A DNA stretch of 64,000 nt from IMG/VR virus record IMGVR_UViG_3300036907_000061, positions 4,627 to 68,626 of that record, one strand, 5' to 3'. Positions 39,768 through 47,590 of the stretch are shown here, piece after piece. How positions within the stretch are numbered: position 1 is the first letter of the stretch; each line of letters starts with the position of its first letter. The DNA comes from a virus. A model generated the notes under the pieces. That model was not told the origin of the DNA and did no database searches. It saw only the letters and a program-made list of their open reading frames with translations. A program made the position numbers and the translations under genes.

Positions 39768-40056
39768 ACATGCAGAAATCATCGGGCCGTTTGTCGAGCC
39801 TGAATGGAGTTACGCGGTCATTGATGGCTACAAGGTGCCACATATCAGGCTGCGGCCACTCACGGGTGAGAACGACGGCAAAACTGAAATCCATATGGTG
39901 CGCGGCGGGCAGTGCTGGATAATAGACGACAGCGGAATAGACGTGATACTACACCTGCTGGCAACCGCGATGGCCGTGGCTGCGGGATACACCTGCCACG
40001 GAGAGCAGTCACAGCCAGCAAACCCGTTCAAAGTCCGAATGACATCTTTGGGCTAA
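39751..40056 (+). CDS. Cassette 2 hypothetical protein
   Basis: Bounded by the perfect inverted repeat gttagcccaaa (39735) / tttgggctaac (40047); the stop codon lies in the TAAC. Confidence 0.65.
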   Translation: MTKTYKHAEIIGPFVEPEWSYAVIDGYKVPHIRLRPLTGENDGKTEIHMVRGGQCWIIDDSGIDVILHLLATAMAVAAGYTCHGEQSQPANPFKVRMTSLG

Positions 40057-40125
40057 CAGTGAGTTCAGGCGTGCGGAACCTGAACCGTCCGAATAACTGG
40101 AAGGCGTATCCCGCATCGCCTGAAC
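40051..40125 (-). other. attC-like site 2, split (remainder at 39727-39741)
   Basis: ctaac agtga gttcaggcg tgcgg...ccgca t cgcctg aac; the missing aac-gattt-gttagccc arm lies at the other end of the cassette. Confidence 0.7.
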
Positions 40126-40177
40126 GTAGAACTGAGCGATGGCCGCGGTGGACATTCGCTCCAGTGATTTGTTAGCG
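40119..40177 (-). other. attC-like site 3
   Basis: Minus strand: CGCTAAC aaatc ACTGGAGC ... GCTCAGT tctac GTTCAGG. Confidence 0.85.
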
Positions 40178-40190
40178 GAATTTTTGATGA

Positions 40191-41084
40191 ATGAACTATT
40201 ACAACGAACACGACCCAAAGGCGGCTGCCTGGTTGCGCGAACTAATCCGCGCTGGCGAAATCCCGCCCGGTCATGTGGATGAAAGGGATATACAAAATGT
40301 CAAACCAACTGAACTTGCTGGATATACCCAATGCCACTTCTTCGCCGGAATCGGCGGGTGGCCACTCGCGCTGCGCCTCGCCGAATGGCCAGACACAGAA
40401 CCTGTCTGGACAGGCTCATGCCCATGTCAGCCGTTTAGCTGTGCTGGCGAAGGAATGGGAGAATCTGACGAAAGACACCTGTGGCCGGATTTCCGAAACC
40501 TCATCGGCAACAAAAAGCCTCCAGTCGTGTTTGGCGAGCAGGTTGCGAGCAAGTCTGGACTGCAATGGCTCGATGGAGTATGCGCTGACATGGAAAGAGC
40601 GGGCTACGCCATCGGGACGGCTGATCTGTGCGCTGCGGGCTTCGGGGCGCCGCACATCCGCCAGCGGCTCTACTTCGTCGCAGAGCGCGTTGGAGTCGCC
40701 CAGGGCGACTGCGACGAATCCCGACGGGACGACGCGCACGCGGCTCGACCAGCTTCCGCGGCAGGCGAATCTGGCGAGCTGGCGGACGCCGAATGCAACG
40801 GACGGCGATCATGGCGGACCAAACTCTCGGGACTCGGCGGGCGGATTGCACCTTTCGGGGCAGGCACTCCCGATGGGCACCCCGGCCCGACTAACGGCCA
40901 CTGGCGAGCTGCTGATTGGCTCCTCTGCCGGGATGGCAAGTGGCGGCCAGTTGAACCCGGCACATTCCCGCTGGCTCATGGGGTATCCGGTCGCGTGGGA
41001 CTCCTGCGGGGCTACGGCAATGCAATCGTGCCACAAGTTGCCGCGAAATTCATCCAAGCATGGTGCGAGTCCGTATTCCGCTAA
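40191..41084 (+). CDS. DNA cytosine-C5 methyltransferase, alpha polypeptide (cassette 3)
   Basis: FFAGIGG (I), SCPCQPFS (IV), GEQV (VI), RQRLY (VIII), GYGNAIV (X). Bounded by gttagcggaat (40171) / attccgctaac (41075). Confidence 0.9.
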   Translation: MNYYNEHDPKAAAWLRELIRAGEIPPGHVDERDIQNVKPTELAGYTQCHFFAGIGGWPLALRLAEWPDTEPVWTGSCPCQPFSCAGEGMGESDERHLWPDFRNLIGNKKPPVVFGEQVASKSGLQWLDGVCADMERAGYAIGTADLCAAGFGAPHIRQRLYFVAERVGVAQGDCDESRRDDAHAARPASAAGESGELADAECNGRRSWRTKLSGLGGRIAPFGAGTPDGHPGPTNGHWRAADWLLCRDGKWRPVEPGTFPLAHGVSGRVGLLRGYGNAIVPQVAAKFIQAWCESVFR

Positions 41085-41133
41085 CCAAGATTACTTGGAT
41101 GAAGGACAGAATGGGAATCGGACAGTATTTTAG
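40297..41133 (+). CDS. Overlapping +1-frame C5 methyltransferase beta polypeptide (motif IX)
   Basis: Long open alternate frame with WRTPNATD and LNPAHSRWLMGYP (motif IX, absent from the main frame); aaggga SD-like sequence upstream of the ATG. Confidence 0.7.
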   Translation: MSNQLNLLDIPNATSSPESAGGHSRCASPNGQTQNLSGQAHAHVSRLAVLAKEWENLTKDTCGRISETSSATKSLQSCLASRLRASLDCNGSMEYALTWKERATPSGRLICALRASGRRTSASGSTSSQSALESPRATATNPDGTTRTRLDQLPRQANLASWRTPNATDGDHGGPNSRDSAGGLHLSGQALPMGTPARLTATGELLIGSSAGMASGGQLNPAHSRWLMGYPVAWDSCGATAMQSCHKLPRNSSKHGASPYSANQDYLDEGQNGNRTVF

Positions 41134-41530
41134 AGGCATCACCGAAGACTGTCTATTTGGAGTAAGGGGCAATCTGCCATATCTTAACAAGAATGGAAAG
41201 AGGGCCCAAGGGATTACCGGGTTCACCGCCCCCAGAACGGAACACAGCGCAAAGCCTGTGGAAATGCGGGCAATGATTGAGCATGTATCTGGATCAGAAG
41301 ACAGAAAAATGCTTGAAATGTTCGCCCGAGAGCCGCACGAAGGATGGCATTGCATAGGAAACGAAATAAACGGAAACAGCATACTTGATGAAATTTTACA
41401 ATTAACCAGCCATGAAACACTTCCAGGAAATATCGGAGACCATCATTCGCAACTGCCGACGGGCATCCGGTCTGGCGAAGAGGGCGGTGGGAAAAAAGAG
41501 ACAGAAGCTCAACCGGACATCGTGCCTTGA
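41086..41530 (+). pseudogene. MT-A70 methyltransferase, 3' part
   Basis: TWMKDRMGIGQYFRGITEDCLFGVRG...EHSAKP...LEMFARE..GW..IGNE. Confidence 0.9.
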
Positions 41531-41612
41531 ACTTATAGAAGTTGCCCGGGCCATAAACTCATCCGCCCAATACCTGGAATGCGCCGCCACCGGACAATAC
41601 CTTGGAAACTAA
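41412..41612 (+). CDS. Hypothetical protein
   Basis: Short ORF overlapping the MT-A70 tail. Confidence 0.35.
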   Translation: MKHFQEISETIIRNCRRASGLAKRAVGKKRQKLNRTSCLELIEVARAINSSAQYLECAATGQYLGN

Positions 41613-41613
41613 A

Positions 41614-42126
41614 ATGAACGAAAAAATAGAAAGGCTGTTAAAAATTGTCGACGAGTTCCCCATCAGGGGACGAATAGACTACACCGACCAGTCCGACCTG
41701 CTGTTCTGCAACTCGGTGCTTGCCGCGATCAGGGATGCGGCACCTGCGATCCGTTTCGCATTCACCAGCCAAGCCCCGATTGTGGAAGCGCAAGTCGTGC
41801 CCAGCAGTTTTCCTCAAGCATTGCGACTAGAGGAACAAAGCATCCGCATCCAAGATTCGAGCCGGGGTATGCCGGATGTGCCCCCGGTGGCCGGGCCGGT
41901 CTACACCTCAGGAGCAGCGGGTCAAAAATCGGACACCGATAACAAACCCTCACCTTCCGAAACCAGTCCCGGCGTGTTAGCCGTGACAGCCTCGGAACCA
42001 TCAGAACAAAAGAAAACAGCAAAACGAAAATCTTCCAAACTGAAAACTCGGAAGAAGAAATCTTTATCACCCGCGCCCATTGCGCGTACCGAAGAGGTTT
42101 CAGTCCAAACCACAGCACAACCATAA
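41614..42126 (+). CDS. Hypothetical protein with basic disordered C-terminus
   Basis: ORF in the operon. Confidence 0.5.
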   Translation: MNEKIERLLKIVDEFPIRGRIDYTDQSDLLFCNSVLAAIRDAAPAIRFAFTSQAPIVEAQVVPSSFPQALRLEEQSIRIQDSSRGMPDVPPVAGPVYTSGAAGQKSDTDNKPSPSETSPGVLAVTASEPSEQKKTAKRKSSKLKTRKKKSLSPAPIARTEEVSVQTTAQP

Positions 42127-42136
42127 CATAGCACAT

Positions 42137-42646
42137 ATGGCAAAGAAAGTCAAATCCCCACAGTTAATCCCGGTGTTTCCGGAGTCGGTTACACAAATGA
42201 AGCTTCGTTTTTCAAAGGCATTGGAGCATGTCTTCAAACTTGACCAGCCTGCGGACGGAAAGGAATACAAGCCGGAAATGCCCGGACCCGTAAACGTGTT
42301 TGATTCTATGGGGTCAATCCGGTTCGTGGTACAGAAGATTTCCGCCAACGGTGCCCCTCCGGTATTGAACTTCACGTTCGGATGGGGGCCGGATGTAAAG
42401 CAGCCTCCGGTCAACCTGGAATGGTTCATTGTGGAATGCCACAGCCTGGCCTATGAACTATGCGGAAAGCTGCGGCCACTTTCCTGCGAACTGATCGGAA
42501 ACAACTTTCTGGCCATAAACTATTCAATCGAGGAAAACAATGACGCCCACAAGCACACTGGCACTGGTGAGGAATCTGTCGGAGGGAAGGCTGTCACAGG
42601 CCAGGCCGATAAAGTTCAAGACGGTAAAATTACTGCCCAAGACTGA
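42137..42646 (+). CDS. Hypothetical protein
   Basis: ORF in the operon. Confidence 0.5.
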   Translation: MAKKVKSPQLIPVFPESVTQMKLRFSKALEHVFKLDQPADGKEYKPEMPGPVNVFDSMGSIRFVVQKISANGAPPVLNFTFGWGPDVKQPPVNLEWFIVECHSLAYELCGKLRPLSCELIGNNFLAINYSIEENNDAHKHTGTGEESVGGKAVTGQADKVQDGKITAQD

Positions 42647-42761
42647 CAACATCAAACCCGAACTGGTGTATGTGTGCACAGAATGCGACTGGGGGCATCC
42701 GTTTAGCCCCAAGTTCTGCATGGAATGCGGAAATGACAGGTTCACCATGGAAATAATATGA
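42540..42761 (+). CDS. Small zinc-ribbon protein
   Basis: CTEC...CMEC; ATGA-type coupling to the next gene. Confidence 0.5.
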   Translation: MTPTSTLALVRNLSEGRLSQARPIKFKTVKLLPKTDNIKPELVYVCTECDWGHPFSPKFCMECGNDRFTMEII

Positions 42762-43561
42762 AAGAAATATCAATCGTAGGACTGGGAGACATTCACGCCG
42801 GAAGCAAATCCGCCATATGCGTTCCAGACATGGAACTATGCGGAGGGGGATACTTCCGGTACTCAGCAGCCCAGAAGGGCCTGTATGACGCATGGGCCGG
42901 TCTGGCCCGGGACTGGCAAAACCCAGACATCCTGATCGCCAATGGTGACTTGATTGAAGGTCAGGCACGCAAGGAATCGGGAGTGCCCTGCTGGTCGACC
43001 GACCTGGAGGATCAAATGCATTGTGCCGAGCTCTTAATCAACATGTTCCATCCCAAGCAATTATACATCATTAATGGCACTGGATATCATGTTGACGCCG
43101 GAGGAAAAAGCCTGGAAAACATTCTGGCGGAAAAGATGGGTGCGGTGAAGATTGGAACCGGTCGATCCGTCTCAGCCGAAGAGCTGTTCCTTAGAGTTGG
43201 CGGGTTCACGTTCCACGCCGCACATCATATTCAGGTGGGGACCGGATGGTATCGCACAACTCCGGTGTCCAGGGAATTGGTATTCGCCCTGCTGAACGAA
43301 TCACACAAGCACAAGGTTGACGTTATCCTAAGAAGCCATGTCCATTCGTTTGTTGGTGTGGAATTTACCAGACAACACGGATTCACGCTGCCATGTTGGC
43401 AATTACAGACCAGATACATGTATAAGAAGTCCGCACTGGGGATGGTGCCGGATATTGGTGCCATACGATTCAGAATCAACAATGGAGAATTAAAACTCGA
43501 CAAACGTTTCTTTAAGATACCCGAAGCGAGACCAACACTGTTCAAATATGAAGACCAATAA
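42758..43561 (+). CDS. Calcineurin-like metallophosphoesterase
   Basis: GDIH, NGDLIEG, GTGYH, HH and SHVH motifs. Confidence 0.85.
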   Translation: MKEISIVGLGDIHAGSKSAICVPDMELCGGGYFRYSAAQKGLYDAWAGLARDWQNPDILIANGDLIEGQARKESGVPCWSTDLEDQMHCAELLINMFHPKQLYIINGTGYHVDAGGKSLENILAEKMGAVKIGTGRSVSAEELFLRVGGFTFHAAHHIQVGTGWYRTTPVSRELVFALLNESHKHKVDVILRSHVHSFVGVEFTRQHGFTLPCWQLQTRYMYKKSALGMVPDIGAIRFRINNGELKLDKRFFKIPEARPTLFKYEDQ

Positions 43562-43799
43562 GACGAGTGAAAATACTCACTCAACTGAGTTAAATATCCC
43601 CAAGGAGTGGGCTGAGGCCCTGTCAAACGAGCGGCCCGAGGGATGTTTTACAATCACTGAATTGATGCAACTCATCCATCCCAGCATATCCCGATCCGCA
43701 ACCCATAGAAGGATTAAAAAATTGGTAACACTGAAAAGGGCCAGCGTGATATCTCAGGTATATCAAGGAACAATGACCCACTTTTACAAATTGAAATGA
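43548..43799 (+). CDS. Winged-HTH small protein
   Basis: FTITELMQL...SRSATHRRIKKLV. Confidence 0.55.
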   Translation: MKTNKTSENTHSTELNIPKEWAEALSNERPEGCFTITELMQLIHPSISRSATHRRIKKLVTLKRASVISQVYQGTMTHFYKLK

Positions 43800-43947
43800 A
43801 CTTGATCCGGCGCAAATTTGGACGGGTCGGAGTGGCCGTTTATTCCAGCCAGCCAACGCAACTGGAAGTTTCCGGTGCTCAACATTCAGCCCGCCAGCTT
43901 GACACCCGTATGCTGGCTTTGGCCCGGAGATGCGCCGGACATTGACT

Positions 43948-44733
43948 ATGAAAGAAATAAAATCACTATACCTGGCAGGTCCAATGAGGGGTTATGAATC
44001 CCTTAACTTTCCAGAGTTCCACCGTATGTCAAGGGAATTAAGAATACGTGGATACGAAGTATGGAGTCCGGCGGAAAACGATTTGTCCAACGGAGTTGAT
44101 CCTGAAAACCCAAAAACCACCGACCCTTCATTTGAAGACTGCATGGCGTTCGACCTTCCATTCGTGTGCAAGCTGGATGGAATTGCGGTATTGAAAGGAT
44201 GGGAGAAGTCTGCCGGTGCAACATTGGAAGTTTCTGTTGCCAGAAGCCTCGGCAAGCCGGTACTGGATGCTTACACCTGCGATCCAGTGGAGACTATTAG
44301 TAATGGAGGAAAACCTTCCAATCCCAAAGATGCGATTGGAAGCCACAAGATACCACTGCATTTATGGCCCGAAACAGCAACCATCATGGGCAGTCTTGGA
44401 ATGCTGGATGGAATGTTGAAGTACGGAAGGGCAAACTTTAGGGCCATTGGCATACGATACTCCATCTACATCGACGCCTTGAAACGACATGTAAACGCCC
44501 TGTTCGAGGGAGAAGACCTTGATCCTGACAGCGGACTTCCGCATGAGGCCCACGTTCTGGCATGCATGGCCATCATCATTGATGCAAAGGCGGCTGGTAA
44601 ATTGAACGATGACAGACAGGTCAATGGAGGATACAGGGGACTGATCAATTCCATGACACCACACGTCGAGAGGCTAAAAGAGCTTTACAAGGACCGCACC
44701 CCCCATCATTACACCATACAGGACAAGTTATGA
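43948..44733 (+). CDS. DUF4406-like (nucleoside deoxyribosyltransferase-like) + dATP/dGTP diphosphohydrolase-like fusion
   Basis: YLAGPMRG...NFPEF...GWEKSAGATLE in the N-terminal half; NPKDAIG..K.PL...G..KYGRANFR...DPDSGLPH.AH in the C-terminal half. Confidence 0.8.
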   Translation: MKEIKSLYLAGPMRGYESLNFPEFHRMSRELRIRGYEVWSPAENDLSNGVDPENPKTTDPSFEDCMAFDLPFVCKLDGIAVLKGWEKSAGATLEVSVARSLGKPVLDAYTCDPVETISNGGKPSNPKDAIGSHKIPLHLWPETATIMGSLGMLDGMLKYGRANFRAIGIRYSIYIDALKRHVNALFEGEDLDPDSGLPHEAHVLACMAIIIDAKAAGKLNDDRQVNGGYRGLINSMTPHVERLKELYKDRTPHHYTIQDKL

Positions 44734-44830
44734 CCGACGAACAAGAGTCCAAACCAGCCGTGGCCGCGCTGGTGTTCCTGTGCGGTATTGCAACCGTGGC
44801 AACCGTCATCTACCTGATACTCAACAATTT

Positions 44831-45091
44831 ATGAATCAGAGATTTCTTTCACCGGCAACCAATCCGGTTTACATTGTCGATCCCATGGAGCGGCACCAGT
44901 TTGTTCCTCCGGGAGAATTCTGCCAGCGGTGCGGCAAGTTAAGGGCATTGCATCGCAATGACGGGTTCGTTCCCAATCAAGAACCCCCAAGATGTTCGAT
45001 GAGGATGGACGTGAGATACAATCGTCATCCGTACTTCTTCAAACCGGGAGACGTGCCGGAGGATGAATTCGGGAAAGGGCCCAATCAATGA
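44831..45091 (+). CDS. Hypothetical protein
   Basis: H...CxxC...H motif. Confidence 0.45.
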   Translation: MNQRFLSPATNPVYIVDPMERHQFVPPGEFCQRCGKLRALHRNDGFVPNQEPPRCSMRMDVRYNRHPYFFKPGDVPEDEFGKGPNQ

Positions 45092-45300
45092 ACATTGAAT
45101 TCGACCGATACTGTTCTTTAATGAACAACGACTCGGCATTAACCGAGGAGGAAATCAACTGCGGGTGGCACTTCTGCGCCGACTGGGACCTGCTTCTGAT
45201 AGGCCCGGGAATGGGTGAGATTGCGTCATGCGACTGTGACATACCATGCCTGGAGAACGAAAAGAAGATTCAGATTGAGAAGATGATGATTAATCTATGA
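45088..45300 (+). CDS. Hypothetical protein
   Basis: GWHFCADWDLLLI...CDC phage motif. Confidence 0.55.
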   Translation: MNIEFDRYCSLMNNDSALTEEEINCGWHFCADWDLLLIGPGMGEIASCDCDIPCLENEKKIQIEKMMINL

Positions 45301-45659
45301 AACCACACAGACTTGGAATATACTCCATGGGCAGGCATGAAGTGGAGCTCTGGGTTGATCCCAACTCCCAGGACGGGGCGTTCTGGAGCAAACCGGAACA
45401 CGGTAAACTTCCCCGGATACAGGTCGGACTGCGGCACGAGGATTGGAGGTCCGTGCTTTGCGTGCTGATTCACGAGTGCATGGAATGGCAGTTAACGTAT
45501 TTAAGGGCCCGATACACCGTATCCAGTGAAGTCGGACAGGATTCCGGGTCGTATCTGTTTAGCTGCAATCATCAGGTATTTGACGAGGCTTGTGTTGGGA
45601 CTGCAATTTACCTTGCTGAATGCTATCAAACCCTGAAACGGGAATGGGAAAACAAATGA
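45297..45659 (+). CDS. Zincin-like small protein
   Basis: VLIHECME (HExxE). Confidence 0.5.
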   Translation: MKPHRLGIYSMGRHEVELWVDPNSQDGAFWSKPEHGKLPRIQVGLRHEDWRSVLCVLIHECMEWQLTYLRARYTVSSEVGQDSGSYLFSCNHQVFDEACVGTAIYLAECYQTLKREWENK

Positions 45660-45883
45660 CCGAAATGCTTAAAATAACCATCGGTTCCGCCGAAAGGATG
45701 TATACCGGAAAGAGATATCACCTGGCTCCAACACCCGCAGAGCGTCAGAGACATGGCGACTTCATGGCGGCCATGCAAAACTTGTCGGACATGCAAAACT
45801 CTAAGCCAGACATCAGAATCCAATTACCAGGGGGTGCCATGCCACCCTATCAAGGCTGGCCGTTTATTCCATTTATCACATGA
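45656..45883 (+). CDS. Hypothetical protein
   Basis: ATGA-coupled. Confidence 0.4.
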   Translation: MTEMLKITIGSAERMYTGKRYHLAPTPAERQRHGDFMAAMQNLSDMQNSKPDIRIQLPGGAMPPYQGWPFIPFIT

Positions 45884-46206
45884 AAATGACCAAAGAGCAA
45901 AGAGAGTCCAACGGTGCCAAAATCAAAGCGACCGTTGCCTTAAACAGGAAGAAGTGGGATTCCCAGACCATTGTGGTGGACGAGAACTGGAAGGTGCACC
46001 GGTGCGACCAGTTCAACTGGGAGATTCGATACCGGGAAGAATTCTCTGGATATTACGGAAGACTAACCTCGGCGCTGGAGGCTTTGCTTCCCAAGATGCT
46101 TGGGGAAGAGTCACCGGGAGGGTCTATAGCATCCCTGCTTGAGCTGGGGCGCGATATTAAGCGCCGGATCATCCAATCCCTGCCGGACACCCTTCCGACG
46201 CCTTAA
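45880..46206 (+). CDS. Hypothetical protein
   Basis: ATGA-coupled. Confidence 0.5.
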   Translation: MKMTKEQRESNGAKIKATVALNRKKWDSQTIVVDENWKVHRCDQFNWEIRYREEFSGYYGRLTSALEALLPKMLGEESPGGSIASLLELGRDIKRRIIQSLPDTLPTP

Positions 46207-46215
46207 ATCAAACCT

Positions 46216-46545
46216 ATGAGAGCCAACCGCATCGAACCAAAGCCCCGAACCGCCAGGCCGTCAAAAGTGCCGCCCAAGGAGCAGGAGCGCAGGCAATACG
46301 TGCACCGGGTGAGGGAATGGTTAAGGGAGCCCCTGAACCAATGGTGCGTCGTATCCATACTGGAGGACGAGACCGGAGTTCATTTATCCCGCGCCACACA
46401 ATGTCATCACAGCAGGGGCAGGCTTGGATGCCTGCTTCTGGACGAGAGATTTTGGATACCTGTAAGCTCCGCCGGACACCGATACATTCACGATCATCCC
46501 GATTTCGCACGTCGGCATGGATGGATATGCGAGAAGGCTTCATGA
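46216..46545 (+). CDS. HNH-like nuclease
   Basis: ATQCHHSRGR...W..VS..GH..IH.HP..A...GW. Confidence 0.65.
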   Translation: MRANRIEPKPRTARPSKVPPKEQERRQYVHRVREWLREPLNQWCVVSILEDETGVHLSRATQCHHSRGRLGCLLLDERFWIPVSSAGHRYIHDHPDFARRHGWICEKAS

Positions 46546-46616
46546 GATTGAGTCTGGTGAATCAATCGAACAGGAATTGGAGCGGGAAATGAGTCCAGAA
46601 AACCTAAAGATTGAGG

Positions 46617-47099
46617 TCAGGAACTCTTCCGGACAGTGGGTGGAAGATACTTTTCCAGAACCTTCTGGGCACCGTCAGAGTCTCCCCGCTTAAGGTATTC
46701 CAAGTATTCCGTTTCCCCAACCAGCGGAAGACCATTCTTTCTGGCCCTGTACACCGCTTGTTTGATTCTCTGGTATTCCGCCCTATCATCGGCAGACATC
46801 TTGTGCCTATAAAGGGCGTGATTAAGAAGAATCCAGCCACCATTAACTTTCTTCAAGCGCCTTCCTTCATGCTCGGTTGACCTGGAATATGGGTCAGGAG
46901 ACTCAAACTTCCTTAGAGCATCCTCGCAGTCTTTAACCGATATCCTTGCAGCATTTGCCAGTCCTGGAATAGCCGCTTCCACCATGCCGCTTCTATCGGC
47001 GAGGGCCAGCAACGTCACCCACAGAATCCTAGTTTTATCATCCTCGCTCCATATTGATGATGTGACTATTGAATTGAAAAGCTTTGTATAATTTGCCAT
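46617..47099 (-). CDS. Second replication-initiator-like wHTH protein (N-terminal domain only)
   Basis: YTKLFNSIVTSSIW...FESPDPYSRS..HEGRR..KV.GGW.LLNH, paralogous to 32902-33522. Confidence 0.75.
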   Translation of the reverse strand: MANYTKLFNSIVTSSIWSEDDKTRILWVTLLALADRSGMVEAAIPGLANAARISVKDCEDALRKFESPDPYSRSTEHEGRRLKKVNGGWILLNHALYRHKMSADDRAEYQRIKQAVYRARKNGLPLVGETEYLEYLKRGDSDGAQKVLEKYLPPTVRKSS

Positions 47100-47191
47100 A
47101 TGTAAACTATGTTACCATATTTGTTTACATTTGTCAACATAAATAACACATGTGCATAAGCATAAGCAATTACGCAGAAAGTAAACACCAC

Positions 47192-47226
47192 CAACTGTGC
47201 CATTATGGCTCAACTGTGCCATTATG
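47192..47226. repeat. 16-bp direct repeat x2
   Basis: caactgtgccattatg at 47192 and 47211. Confidence 0.9.
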
Positions 47227-47347
47227 TCACACTTTAAGACAATAGACCATTCCAGACATGGTGATAATCACAAAGCACATAATTTGACTAAAAATTTGGA
47301 AAGTTCGGAGAGGGGACTTGTAAAGGAATCGCAGCCAGGAACCGAGA

Positions 47348-47367
47348 CCCCACCCCACCCCCACCCC
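47348..47367 (-). other. G-quadruplex motif
   Basis: GGGG T GGGGG T GGGG T GGGG on the minus strand. Confidence 0.8.
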
Positions 47368-47404
47368 TCAACGGAGTCTTGCGTCATAACGTCAATTAAG
47401 CTAT

Positions 47405-47557
47405 CAACCCATTGATTGCCAATGGTTTGCAACAAAAGCCAAAAAACCAAAAAATATCATTTTCGACGTAAATCGTTGATACTCAACGACTAACAACAAA
47501 AAAAGTGTAGCTAGTAACTCCCTATTTCCCCGTAACCAGTTGAATATCAGTGATTTA
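47405..47557. repeat. Three 25-bp imperfect palindromes with 64-bp period
   Basis: caacccattg-attgc-caatggtttg (47405), taaatcgttg-atact-caacgactaa (47469), taaccagttg-aatat-cagtgattta (47533). Confidence 0.8.
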
Positions 47558-47590
47558 CACCAGGTTGCGTGTCTTATAGGTCCCCTTGCA

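Larger units (their letters stand above)
39415..41085. mobile_element. Three integron-type gene cassettes inserted in the MT-A70 gene
   Basis: TAAC at both junctions (39415 and 41082). Removing 1667 bp restores the in-frame GFRYVTKITWMK. Internal attC hairpins are present. Confidence 0.85.

Noticed and set aside
39415-41085. Self-splicing intron or IS element as the MT-A70 interruption
   Set aside because: No transposase, maturase or homing endonuclease is present; the content is three attC-bounded genes.
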